The position numbers and the translations under genes were made by a program. DNA of 64,000 nucleotides. It comes from Vulcanimicrobiota bacterium. Lineage in GTDB: Bacteria; Vulcanimicrobiota; Vulcanimicrobiia; Vulcanimicrobiales; Vulcanimicrobiaceae. Positions 20,866-30,466 of the stretch are shown here, in pieces. The first letter of the stretch is position 1, and each line of letters opens with the position of its first letter. The notes beneath the pieces are model-generated. The model saw only the letters and a list, made by a program, of their open reading frames with translations. It did no database searches and was not told the origin of the DNA. Where the stretch lies: positions 704,001 to 768,000 of the forward strand of contig CAVZQC010000002.1 of NCBI GenBank assembly GCA_963777315.1. The letters are read 5' to 3'.

Positions 20866-22413
20866 ATGATTGGCGCGCGCGCTTTGTCGCTGCTTGGACT
20901 TGTCGCCGTGCTGGGAGCGGCGTCCGTGGCCCGCGCGGTGCAGGTGCCGCAGGCACAGATCGACGCCGAGAATGCGCGCTGGGCTTCGCTGGGCGTCCGC
21001 TTGCCGCCGGGCGGAATCGTTTTGCGCGAGCCGTACAAAGCGCCGTACTCGAATCGTTCGTTCGTCGTACCCTTTGGCTGGTACCGGCAGTTTTACAACC
21101 GGATGCGCGCTCGCCACGACTATCCCGTGCGCGCCGGCGCCTTACGCGCAGACTTGCCCACATTGCGCTTGCTGATGGAGAAAACGTACGCAGGATACGG
21201 CACTGCGGCGGCCCGCGGATGGAACTGGAGTGGGTGGTTTCGCCGATGGGATCGAGATCTCGCGGCTCGCGGGGACGCGACGCTTTCGCTGCGCCAGGCC
21301 TTTGCGCCGTGGGGCCGTTTGGAAGACGCGCAACTCGACAACCACTCGGGCGTACCGGACCTCATGGCGTTTACGAGCGGCTCGACCAGCGCCGTGCTCG
21401 CGCAGCGGCCGAACGCAGCGTGTACGGCAATCCGTATGAGCGATGGGCAGACGCTCGCGCTTTCGGTGCACGATCCCGGCCAGCAGCCGCACGCAGTTTC
21501 TCAGTGGAATGATACGGCCTTTGCGCAGGCATGGTACGTAAGCTTTCCCAAGCGCGACGGTTCTCCGTCGCAACTCCAATGTGGCTCGCAGTCGATTGCG
21601 CTGCAGCCCGTTGCAGCATCCCGCGCTCCAGGGGACAAGCCGGCTTATGAAAGCTGGGCCGACGGCATCGCCTACGTCCGCATGCCGACGTTCAGCGATG
21701 CGAACGACGATGCGTTGCGCGCCGCGCTGGCCAAGGCTCCGAACCTGGGCAAAGAGCGCGCGGTCTTGCTCGATCTGCGCGGAAACGAGGGCGGTAACGC
21801 TCCGATGGACCTGTTGACGAACTGGTTCGCGCAAAGTGCGATCGATCAGGCCGCATCGCCCAGCTCGCAATACGGGACGCAGTCGTGTTTTCGCACGGCG
21901 CTTTTCTTCGGGCTGCAGCAGCAGCTCGCTTCGGGCCTTAAGCCGCCCGTTTCAGACGCACCGCAGCTTCACGAGATGCTGCAGCAGATCGTCGATCCGC
22001 TTGCCGGGCCGTCGAACTGCGAAATCGAGCCGACGGTTCAACGGGGCGATCACAGCCTGCGCGATCACCGCTTCTCAGCCGCGCCGACGCCTGCGGGGCA
22101 AACGCGCGTGATTGCAATCGTCGACGGCGGGTGCGGGAGCGATTGCGAGTACATGACGTACGTGCTGGCGGGTTTGCCCGATACGGTCATTGCCGGAAGC
22201 AGCACGTACGGCGTCATGGGCTTTACGCAGCCGGGCTACTTCGTACTGCCGCACTCACGCGTTCCGTTTCGGCTCGCACTGAGCCGTACGGACGCGTACG
22301 GGGACGGGCGCTCCGTGGACGGCTACGGAATCACGGTGGACGTCTTGCTCGCGTCGGCACAATCGCAGAGCCGTGATTCGCTCGTTGCGCTCGCTCGCAT
22401 GCTCTCGCGCTGA
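20866..22413 (+). CDS. Secreted S41-family peptidase-like protein
   Basis: Signal peptide; IAYVRMPTF, LLDLRGNEGG and CGSDCE (serine motif), plus GITVDV at the C-terminus. Confidence 0.72.
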   Translation: MIGARALSLLGLVAVLGAASVARAVQVPQAQIDAENARWASLGVRLPPGGIVLREPYKAPYSNRSFVVPFGWYRQFYNRMRARHDYPVRAGALRADLPTLRLLMEKTYAGYGTAAARGWNWSGWFRRWDRDLAARGDATLSLRQAFAPWGRLEDAQLDNHSGVPDLMAFTSGSTSAVLAQRPNAACTAIRMSDGQTLALSVHDPGQQPHAVSQWNDTAFAQAWYVSFPKRDGSPSQLQCGSQSIALQPVAASRAPGDKPAYESWADGIAYVRMPTFSDANDDALRAALAKAPNLGKERAVLLDLRGNEGGNAPMDLLTNWFAQSAIDQAASPSSQYGTQSCFRTALFFGLQQQLASGLKPPVSDAPQLHEMLQQIVDPLAGPSNCEIEPTVQRGDHSLRDHRFSAAPTPAGQTRVIAIVDGGCGSDCEYMTYVLAGLPDTVIAGSSTYGVMGFTQPGYFVLPHSRVPFRLALSRTDAYGDGRSVDGYGITVDVLLASAQSQSRDSLVALARMLSR

Positions 22414-22499
22414 GAACGCTTCCCCTGCGTTTCGAAGCACATGCTTGGTCTCGCTTGCTCGTGCGTTCGGCATAGTACAGTTCTTTTTTAAAATTATAC

Positions 22500-22528
22500 T
22501 TGCTTTTTAAAAGTTAACGTGGTACAGT
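22500..22528 (+). promoter_or_regulatory. Sigma70-type promoter candidate
   Basis: TTGCTT-17 nt-TACAGT with an extended TG, in an AT-rich patch upstream of the VOC gene. Confidence 0.55.
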
Positions 22529-22624
22529 CCGCCTATAGTCACGAACGCTCCTCCAACACCGTTCGATTCTCACGCCTTTCTTCAGCGCAAACCTTTCAAA
22601 ATCTTGAACGCAAAAGGAGACGAA

Positions 22625-23083
22625 ATGAATACCGACACAACCGCGACCCGCACCATTTCATCGCAAACGCAGCAAGCCGTGCAGCTGCGGCCATACCTGT
22701 TTCTCTACGGACGCTGCGAAGAAGCGCTGGAGTTTTACAAGAGCGTCTTCGGAGGCACGTACGAAATTATGCGGATGAAAGATTCCCCGATGCGCGATCA
22801 GGCTTCCGGCGATGCCGGGCAGCGCGTGATGCACGCATCGTTCACCGCACCGGGAGTGAGCCTGCAGGCCTCCGACGGACGAGACGTCAAGGCCGTCGAT
22901 CCGGATGCAGGCAACATCTCGCTTTCGCTCAACATCACGGACAAGGCGCAAGGCGAGCGCATCTTCAACGCGCTCTCGCAAGGCGGAAAGATCACGATGC
23001 CCTTGGAGGATGCGTTTTGGGGAGGCCGCTTCGGCAGCGTTGAGGATCGCTTCGGCACGGAATGGCTGATTGCCGCTCCTTAG
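22625..23083 (+). CDS. VOC family protein (PhnB-like)
   Basis: SD AAGGAG; PYLFLYGRCEEALEFY, FWGGRFG and EDRFGTEW. Confidence 0.9.
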   Translation: MNTDTTATRTISSQTQQAVQLRPYLFLYGRCEEALEFYKSVFGGTYEIMRMKDSPMRDQASGDAGQRVMHASFTAPGVSLQASDGRDVKAVDPDAGNISLSLNITDKAQGERIFNALSQGGKITMPLEDAFWGGRFGSVEDRFGTEWLIAAP

Positions 23084-23094
23084 GAAGAGATTCC

Positions 23095-23922
23095 CTAAAA
23101 CAATAACGTCGCAAATTCGCCGACTCGCCGAAAGCCGACCCGATCGTACAGTGCCAGCGCCGATGCATTAAAGCCGTTCACGTACAAGCTCAGCGATGGC
23201 ACTTCCTCGAGCAGCTCGTCGCAAACGCCGTACAGCGCCGCGGTGGCCAGCCCGCGCCCCCGCAGCGCCGGCGGCGTCCAAATGCCCTGCAACTGCAGGG
23301 TCTTGGCGTTGTGCGGTCCGGCGTTGCAGAAAAAGCATAGGTCTGCGTTGCGTTCCCCGATCCACCACAGTCCACGATCGATCATGATCCGCACGTTTGC
23401 GTCGAATTCGGCGGCGGCGCGGCGCGGATCGTATTCCAGTTCCTGCTCGATCATCGCTGCGGAGTTGTTCGCGACGGCTTGCCACTGATCCGGGCGCGCC
23501 CGTCTCACGCGCACTCCGTCGCGCGCGCCGCGCAGCGTACTGCGGTCCACGGCCAGCAGGGGCTGGCTTTCACGAACGAGCCTAGGGGCCGCGTGCCACG
23601 GACGCACGAGCTCCCAGTAGCGCTCGACCGTTGCGCGCGGAGCCACGATCATGCGTTCGAAGCGATGCTCGCGCGCCGCGGCGGCAAAGGCTGCGATGAC
23701 GGCGTCTTCGTTGGCCGCAAGCACGACCTGCCGGCCGAAAAATGCCACTCCGCGAACATTCGCATCGCGGTCACTATAAACGAACAGTGCCGAACGCGTG
23801 ACCGGCGCCCGATCGAAGGCGATGAGCCACGAGAGGAACACATTGTCGAATGGCGCGCTCGCGAGATAGTCGAGCGCCGGCCCTTCGTGCGCGCGCGTAA
23901 GCCGCTGCACGCCCGATTGCAT
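23095..23922 (-). CDS. GNAT family acetyltransferase
   Basis: WTPPALRGRGLA acetyl-CoA motif and NASALALYDRVGF; start overlaps the anti-sigma stop. Confidence 0.87.
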   Translation of the reverse strand: MQSGVQRLTRAHEGPALDYLASAPFDNVFLSWLIAFDRAPVTRSALFVYSDRDANVRGVAFFGRQVVLAANEDAVIAAFAAAAREHRFERMIVAPRATVERYWELVRPWHAAPRLVRESQPLLAVDRSTLRGARDGVRVRRARPDQWQAVANNSAAMIEQELEYDPRRAAAEFDANVRIMIDRGLWWIGERNADLCFFCNAGPHNAKTLQLQGIWTPPALRGRGLATAALYGVCDELLEEVPSLSLYVNGFNASALALYDRVGFRRVGEFATLLF

Positions 23923-24701
23923 CAGGTGAATTTGAGAACGAACATCGGCTTGCCGGTGGGCTGTTTGCTGCCCCCGTCGGGTTCCACGCTCACGGCAGAC
24001 TCTACGACGTGCACCGCGCCGACCGGAATCGGCACGACGGCCACGCCCGAATGGTTCGGCACGAACGTTACCGACGGCGACATGCGCGCGGCGCCGGCGT
24101 GCATCATCCAAGCCTGATACACCTTTCCTTTGGGCGGCTGCGGCAAAGCGTCCATGGCGATGTAAATTCGGCTGCCGTGGCGCACCACTTCGCCGTGCGC
24201 AACCTCGAAGCGCTCGGAATCGGGCGAGACCAAGTCCGCGAGCGCGGTGCGCTGATGCGCCAGCTCGCGGGTGATCTGCGCGTTGTGCAGGTTGATTTGC
24301 GAAAGCGCACCCTGCGTTTGGCGCAGGTCCGAGTTCAACGAGATGTTGACGATGCCGGTAATGAGCGCAGCCGCAAGGCATGCGGCCGCAACCGCGTAAG
24401 CGGGCCAGACGATCGGCCGTACGGCGCGCATTTCGCCCACGTTGGGCCGAATCTGGCGCATGATGCGTTTTTTGAGCAGCGGTCCGGGCGGCGCAACCGA
24501 ATCGGCTGCGCTGGCCGCATCGGGACAGGCTTCCGCCGAAAGCCCCAGCGCGCCGGTGAGCGGCGCGAGCAGTCGATATTCTTGCCGGCATTGCGCGCAC
24601 GTTTCCAAATGCGCGCGGACCGCTTGGGCTTGCGCAGGCGGCAGCGCGCCCAGCGCATACACCGCGACGTCGTCGAGCATGGCGTCGTGCGCGCTCGTCA
24701 C
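23922..24701 (-). CDS. Anti-sigma factor (RskA-like, zf-HC2)
   Basis: YALGAL and HLETCAQC zinc motif, one TM helix, YQAW, SVEPDGGSKQPT. Confidence 0.9.
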   Translation of the reverse strand: MTSAHDAMLDDVAVYALGALPPAQAQAVRAHLETCAQCRQEYRLLAPLTGALGLSAEACPDAASAADSVAPPGPLLKKRIMRQIRPNVGEMRAVRPIVWPAYAVAAACLAAALITGIVNISLNSDLRQTQGALSQINLHNAQITRELAHQRTALADLVSPDSERFEVAHGEVVRHGSRIYIAMDALPQPPKGKVYQAWMMHAGAARMSPSVTFVPNHSGVAVVPIPVGAVHVVESAVSVEPDGGSKQPTGKPMFVLKFT

Positions 24702-25231
24702 ACGGTCACCGTTCCCTCGAGCATGCCGCGAAGCCGGCGCAGCCCCGAACGAATGCGCGTTTTGACGGTGCCCAGCGGAGTGCCGGTTCGCCGCGCGATC
24801 TCCTCGTGGGTGATGCCGCCGAAGAAGCCGAGTTCGATGGGGTCGCGCTGTTCGGCGGGCAGTTGTTTGAGCGCGGCGCGCACGTGAGCGGCGTCGATTG
24901 CGGCAAAGGCACGTTCTTCGAACGGGTCGTCATCGGGTTGCTCCTCGGGCAGCTCCTGCGAGGTGCGATGCTTGGTGCGAAGCAGATCGAGCGTCCTGTT
25001 ACGCGTGATGCGAACGATCCACGCGCTGAAATTCCCTGAAACGAACAGCTGCGGCGCGCTCCAAATTTTGAGGAACACCGCTTGGGTGACGTCTTCGGAC
25101 GCCGAGGCATCGCCGAGCATGCGGAATGCGACGCCGTACACCAACCGGTGATATGCGTCGTACAGCGCTTCGAAAGCGGCCGAGTCGCGTGCGCGCACGC
25201 GCGCCATGAGCCGGTCGGCGTCTTCCACCAA
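24698..25231 (-). CDS. ECF RNA polymerase sigma factor (SigK-like); start uncertain
   Basis: AFEALYD, EDVTQAVFLKIW, THEEIA and PLGTVKTRIR; overlaps the anti-sigma start. Confidence 0.9.
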   Translation of the reverse strand: MVEDADRLMARVRARDSAAFEALYDAYHRLVYGVAFRMLGDASASEDVTQAVFLKIWSAPQLFVSGNFSAWIVRITRNRTLDLLRTKHRTSQELPEEQPDDDPFEERAFAAIDAAHVRAALKQLPAEQRDPIELGFFGGITHEEIARRTGTPLGTVKTRIRSGLRRLRGMLEGTVTV

Positions 25232-25346
25232 GGCCAGTTTCGCTTCATCGCCGCCTGCGCACTCCTTAATAACGCCGCAACCCGAGTCGTGGATGATCCC
25301 GTGGCTCTGCGGGGAGTTGGCGAAGCCTCGTCGTAGGTCGCGCTTC

Positions 25347-25739
25347 GTGGAACCCTCGCAGCCGACGGCCGCCCAAATCCCCAACTTTGCCGGTTACACG
25401 ACCGAAGAGAACCGGCGTACCGCCGACGAGCAGGTCCGTGGGTTTGTCGGTGAACGGCTCGCCAATCTGCCGGCAAGCTCGATCGATGCTCTGTCCGCCG
25501 ACGAACGTGCCCGCTACGATCGCGTGCTGCTGCATTGCGAGTTTTTGAACCAGGGAGCGTTTCACGTTTTCGACCGCGTCGTTACGCAGGAAAGCTTGGA
25601 TCCCATCGTGAGGATCGACGCGGAGCTGGTGGCGGCCGCATCCGAGATACCCGGTGCGCAAAGCGAACAGCTTGGCGCCATACTCGAGCGTTTGGAAAAC
25701 CTGTTCGAACGGCGCGATCGAGCGATGCTCCACGAATGA
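25347..25739 (+). CDS. Hypothetical protein
   Basis: Helical ORF (IPNFAGYTTEENRRTADEQVR) whose stop overlaps the next start (ATGA); GTG start inferred. Confidence 0.7.
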   Translation: MEPSQPTAAQIPNFAGYTTEENRRTADEQVRGFVGERLANLPASSIDALSADERARYDRVLLHCEFLNQGAFHVFDRVVTQESLDPIVRIDAELVAAASEIPGAQSEQLGAILERLENLFERRDRAMLHE

Positions 25740-27637
25740 TATTCGCAGCGGCGACGCTCGCCGCTTTGCACCTGCTGCCGCGTCCGCGAACCGTTGTCTT
25801 CACGGCGGGGGCGCGGCCGTTCGCGCTGACTCGGCCGCTGCGCGTCGATTCCGGTTTCGACCGCGGCGCGCTCGAGGAGATCGACGAACGCTGGCGCGCC
25901 CTGGGCATCGCGGCCCCGATTCGTTCATCCTCCCCTGACGTAACCGTGGAGCACGCCGCCTTGCCTGCGCAGGCGTATCGCTTGCGCATCGATCCGGCCG
26001 GCCGCGTGCGAATTCAGGCCGGCGATTCCGACGGCGCTTTTTACGCCGCGATGACGCTCATGCAGCTGCCGCAGCGCAGCGGTTCGGGCTGGATCCTTCC
26101 GTGCGCGCGAATCGACGACGCGCCCGCGCTGCGCTGGCGAATACTTTCCGACGACGTTTCGCGCGGACCACTGCCGAACATGCGCTATTTCAAGGAGCGC
26201 ATCCGCACCATCGCGGCGTTCAAAATGAACGGCTACTCGCCGTACATGGAACACGTGTTCGTGGATCCGCACGACCCGCTGCCCGCACCTTTGGACGGTA
26301 TCACGCCCGCGCAGCTGCGCGATCTGAACGCCTATGCCGCTCGGTTTCATGTAACCTTCATTCCGGAGCAGCAAACTTTTGCGCATATGCACAACACGCT
26401 GCGCTTGGAACGCTACGCGAGTGCCGCGGAAGAACCGCACGGTTTTTTGCTCAGCCCGGCATCGCCGGTTTCACTGCAATACAGCACGCAACTCGTCCGG
26501 GACGAACTGGCCGTACTGGGTCATCCCCCCTTCTTTCACATCGGCTCGGATGAAACATCGACGCTGGGACAAGGGCAGAGCAAGTCGCTGGTAAGCCGGC
26601 GCGGGCTTGCGCAGGTGTACGCCGACCACATCAACGCGATGAACGACGTCCTCAAACCTTCGGGCGCGCGCATCATGCTCTGGGACGACGGCATTGAGAA
26701 GGATCCGTCGATCATGCGTCTGATCCCGCAAAACGCCGTCATCGTGAACTGGCACTACGGCACCGAGTCCAGTTTCATGCGATACATCTCGCTGATTGCA
26801 AGCGGCGGCTTCGATCAGATGGTGGCGCCGGGCGACAGCAACTGGAATCAAATCTACCCCGACATCAACGCTGCCTTAAAAAACGAACGGACGTTCATCA
26901 ACGAAGGCAAACGCGCGCGGGTGCTGGGCCTATTTCAAACGGTTTGGCACGACGACGGCGAGACGCTATTCGAAGCAACCTGGTATCCGGTGATTTACGC
27001 CGCCGTCAGCGCCTGGGAGCAACCCAGCGTCGACACGCAGCGGTTCGCGAGCGATTTCCCGGTGGCGTTCTTCGGCAGCGCGGATCCCCGGTACGTGCGC
27101 GATTTCGCCGATTTGGCCGACATTCAATCAGAGCTGGCCGACGCCTACGATTATACGAGCAACTATTTGATGTGGGCCGATCCGTTCGATCCGTTGGCCG
27201 TCGGGCACGTGCGCACGGTCGACGTTGCGTCGGTGCGGCGCAAAGCCGAAGCGATCGAACTGCATCTCATCGCAAATGCGCCGCCGCTGCACCCCAACGC
27301 AGCCCGCGTCATGTTTTTAGCGGCGCGCAAGTATGACTTCATCGGGCGAAAATTTCAAGCGGCCCAAGAGATCGCCCACTATTACGGGCCCTCGTATCGC
27401 GGGCTCGCGTGGGCGAAGTACTGGTTTTGGGAACTGCGCGACGGTTACGAGGAACTGGAACCGCTCTACGCGGCAGCCTGGCGGTACGAAGATCGAAACA
27501 GCCATTTGGCGAGCAACTTGGAGCGGTACCATGTCGCCGCTGCGCGCAACATCGCGCGCGCCGACGGCGTGGTGCGCGCCACGCTGCAATACACCGCGAC
27601 GAAACATCTCGTTCCACTATCCGACATCTTGCGATGA
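25736..27637 (+). CDS. GH20-family beta-N-acetylhexosaminidase-like protein
   Basis: N-terminal GH20b-like region (YRLRI, GAFYA), DDVSRG, catalytic HIGSDE, MLWDD. Confidence 0.85.
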   Translation: MIFAAATLAALHLLPRPRTVVFTAGARPFALTRPLRVDSGFDRGALEEIDERWRALGIAAPIRSSSPDVTVEHAALPAQAYRLRIDPAGRVRIQAGDSDGAFYAAMTLMQLPQRSGSGWILPCARIDDAPALRWRILSDDVSRGPLPNMRYFKERIRTIAAFKMNGYSPYMEHVFVDPHDPLPAPLDGITPAQLRDLNAYAARFHVTFIPEQQTFAHMHNTLRLERYASAAEEPHGFLLSPASPVSLQYSTQLVRDELAVLGHPPFFHIGSDETSTLGQGQSKSLVSRRGLAQVYADHINAMNDVLKPSGARIMLWDDGIEKDPSIMRLIPQNAVIVNWHYGTESSFMRYISLIASGGFDQMVAPGDSNWNQIYPDINAALKNERTFINEGKRARVLGLFQTVWHDDGETLFEATWYPVIYAAVSAWEQPSVDTQRFASDFPVAFFGSADPRYVRDFADLADIQSELADAYDYTSNYLMWADPFDPLAVGHVRTVDVASVRRKAEAIELHLIANAPPLHPNAARVMFLAARKYDFIGRKFQAAQEIAHYYGPSYRGLAWAKYWFWELRDGYEELEPLYAAAWRYEDRNSHLASNLERYHVAAARNIARADGVVRATLQYTATKHLVPLSDILR

Positions 27638-29658
27638 CGGCCGGCCTGCTCATCCTGGCCGTCTTTCTGATATTTGCCGCGCTCATGTATACGCGACGAA
27701 TGCCGGCGCTGCTCGCCGTGCCTGCAATGGCGGTGCTGATGGCCTTTGCCGCCGGTGTGCCGCCTGCATCGGTGGGATCGATGATCGCGCTGGGAGCATC
27801 ATCGCTGGCCGGCGTCTACGTCGCGGTGATATTCGGCGCGATGCTCGGGCGCGTCACGCTCGATACGGGCATTGCCAAAAGCATCGTGAACTTTGCCGCG
27901 GAGTTCGCCGGCGAACAGCCGGCGGGGGTTGCGCTGCTGCTCAGCGCAGTCGTCGCGCTGCTTTTCGTCTCGCTTTCGGGTCTGGGAGCGATCATCATGG
28001 TCGGTTCGATCGTGCTGCCGATCATGATGACCACCGGCGTTCCGCGCAAAATCGCCGCGACCATGTTCTTGATGGCGTTCGCGCTGGGCTTCATCTTCAA
28101 CATCGTCAACTGGAAGTTTTACACGCAGTATTTCGGCGTGCAGCAGCAGCAGATGTACGGCTACGCGCTGCTGCTTGCAGCGATCGATCTGGTCGCTCTG
28201 CTGCTGTATGCCGCCGTGTCGTTTCGCCGGCTGCGCGCGTATGCCGCGTGGGCGGTCGCGGCGCAAGAGCCGGCTACGGCGTCGCGGGTGCCGTGGTACG
28301 CTCTCGTCACTCCGGTGCTGCCGATTGTGCTGTACTTCGCGCTGCACCTGGACCCCATTCTGGCTTTTTTGGTTTCCGCGGTCTACGGCGCTTTGGCTAC
28401 GCGGCCGTCACACGCGGTGCAAACGCTGGTGGCCGCGGCGATCCGCGGCGTGGAGGACGTAGCGCCCGCGATCGTCCTGTTCATCGGCATCGGCATGCTG
28501 CTCACGGCAACCAAACAGCCGCAGTTCAGCGCAGCTCTGCGGCCGCTCGTGTCCGCGCACGCGCTGCACGATCCGATCGTGTTCGTCGTTATTTTCGGCT
28601 TGCTCAGCCCGCTCGCGCTCTACCGCGGACCCCTCAATCCGTTCGGAGTGGGCATCGCGGTTTTTACCGTGCTGCTTTCGGCGCACGTCTTCGCGCCCGT
28701 CATTCTGGTGGCTGCGGTGATGGCGGTCGTGCAAGTGCAGAACGTGTGCGATCCGACCAACACCGCCAACGTTTGGGTCGCCAACTTCACCGGCGTGCCG
28801 ATTCACGAGATCACCAAACGAACTTTGCCGTATCAGGTTGCGGTCGCGACGGCCGCGTGCGTGTTGATCGTTGCCGCTGCGCCGGCCGTACTCGGTGCCG
28901 GTCCTTTCGCAGCGCTCGTGTCGCGCGCGCAAGCCGCAGAAAGCGTTTTGCCGGGGCTTTTCGTATCGCCGCGGTCGGCACACCGCTTGGCGGTGGGTGA
29001 CGACGGTTCGCGCGATGCGCGCGCTGCCGTGCCCGTCGTCGTGCGCGAACTGGGAAGCCGGGATCTGCGCGCGTTTTCCTTAAGCGCCGATCCGAATGCC
29101 GGCGATTGCAGCACCAAATCCTATGCAGGCTACGTCACCGTGACTTCAACGCGCTTTACGCTACTCCAGGGAACCGACCTCGACATCGGCCTGCGCCTCT
29201 TCGACTGCGGAGGCTGGGAGGTCGACGAATGGCACGACCACGCCGTTTTTGCATCGCCCACGGTCCGCGACGTTCAGGGTCTTGCCGTGCAGGGCGCTGC
29301 GCGCGTGCGGGATTGGGCACGTGCAAATCCCGACCGCTGGTCGCACCTGCTCGCGCAGGGACTCGCCTACGCGCAGGGCGATCCGGCCACGTATTTTTAT
29401 GCGCTGTTCAAGACCGTGGACGGCAACATGCGCGCGTACGTTCGCGGCGGCGGCCCGGCGTACGCCGCCGGCATGCGCACGAACGACATCGTCAATAAGC
29501 TCGACGGTAAATATTGGTGGGAATACGGCACGTACCAGACGCAGGCGCGCGCGTACGACGGCAAGCCGCATTCCTTCGAGCTGCAGCGCGACGGGGCCAC
29601 CGTGGAGATTCAACTGCCGCCGCAAGGGTGGACTGCGTTCGCGGGTAACTCCCAATAG
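27634..29658 (+). CDS. Ion-transporter superfamily permease (citrate/GntP-like) fused to a soluble domain with PDZ-like end
   Basis: About 430 aa of multi-TM sequence with LYRGPLNPFG and VCDPTNT, then a hydrophilic tail containing VRGGGPAYAAGMRTNDIVNKLDG. Confidence 0.8.
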   Translation: MTAGLLILAVFLIFAALMYTRRMPALLAVPAMAVLMAFAAGVPPASVGSMIALGASSLAGVYVAVIFGAMLGRVTLDTGIAKSIVNFAAEFAGEQPAGVALLLSAVVALLFVSLSGLGAIIMVGSIVLPIMMTTGVPRKIAATMFLMAFALGFIFNIVNWKFYTQYFGVQQQQMYGYALLLAAIDLVALLLYAAVSFRRLRAYAAWAVAAQEPATASRVPWYALVTPVLPIVLYFALHLDPILAFLVSAVYGALATRPSHAVQTLVAAAIRGVEDVAPAIVLFIGIGMLLTATKQPQFSAALRPLVSAHALHDPIVFVVIFGLLSPLALYRGPLNPFGVGIAVFTVLLSAHVFAPVILVAAVMAVVQVQNVCDPTNTANVWVANFTGVPIHEITKRTLPYQVAVATAACVLIVAAAPAVLGAGPFAALVSRAQAAESVLPGLFVSPRSAHRLAVGDDGSRDARAAVPVVVRELGSRDLRAFSLSADPNAGDCSTKSYAGYVTVTSTRFTLLQGTDLDIGLRLFDCGGWEVDEWHDHAVFASPTVRDVQGLAVQGAARVRDWARANPDRWSHLLAQGLAYAQGDPATYFYALFKTVDGNMRAYVRGGGPAYAAGMRTNDIVNKLDGKYWWEYGTYQTQARAYDGKPHSFELQRDGATVEIQLPPQGWTAFAGNSQ

Positions 29659-29683
29659 CGACGGCATACAAAGCGGAGGGCCG

Positions 29684-30424
29684 ATGTCAGAAGCAAGGGT
29701 TGCGATAGTCACCGGCGGCGCTCGCGGAATCGGCGCCGCCATCACCACGCTCTTGGCCCGCGGCGGCGTACGCGTGGCCGCCGGGTACAGCCGCGACAAA
29801 GCCGCGGCCGAAAAACTGCAGTCGCAGTTGAAGGAAGCCGGCGCGGCGGTTTCGGTTCATCAGGGTCGCGTCGACGATCCGGCGGATTGCGAGCGCGTCG
29901 CTCGGGAAGTGCTCGAGCAGCACGGCCGGGTGGATTACCTTGTGAACAATGCCGGCATCACCGTCGACAAGACGGTGCGCAAGATGTCCGCCGAGGACTG
30001 GCACAACGTGATCAACGTGAACTTGTTCGGTGCGTTCGCGATGACCAAAGCGGTGCTCGAACACATGATCGAACGCGGCTTCGGCCGGATCGTGAACATC
30101 AGTTCGGTCATCGGCGAGACCGGCAACGTCGGCCAAGCCAATTACGCCGCCTCCAAAGCCGGTTTGTTCGGCTTTACCAAAAGCCTGGCGTTGGAAATGG
30201 CCACCAAGGGCGTCACGGTCAATTGCGTCGCGCCCGGCTTCATCGAAACCGAAATGGTCGCCGCCATTCCCCAAGCGACGCTCGCGCGCGTGGTCGAAAA
30301 GATCCCCCAGCGGCGGTTGGGCCGCCCGGAAGACGTAGCGCGAGTCGTTCGCTTTTTACTCGAAGATGATTCGAGTTATGTGACCGGGGCCGTCTATTCG
30401 GTCAACGGCGGTCTGGACATGTAA
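29684..30424 (+). CDS. phaB: Acetoacetyl-CoA reductase (SDR)
   Basis: TGGARGIG, NNAGIT, GQANYAASK, VNGGLDM; adjacent to phaC. Confidence 0.82.
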   Translation: MSEARVAIVTGGARGIGAAITTLLARGGVRVAAGYSRDKAAAEKLQSQLKEAGAAVSVHQGRVDDPADCERVAREVLEQHGRVDYLVNNAGITVDKTVRKMSAEDWHNVINVNLFGAFAMTKAVLEHMIERGFGRIVNISSVIGETGNVGQANYAASKAGLFGFTKSLALEMATKGVTVNCVAPGFIETEMVAAIPQATLARVVEKIPQRRLGRPEDVARVVRFLLEDDSSYVTGAVYSVNGGLDM

Positions 30425-30466
30425 CCCCGCAAGGATTTCGCGCGGTGCGCTAGGTAAATCTAGCAC

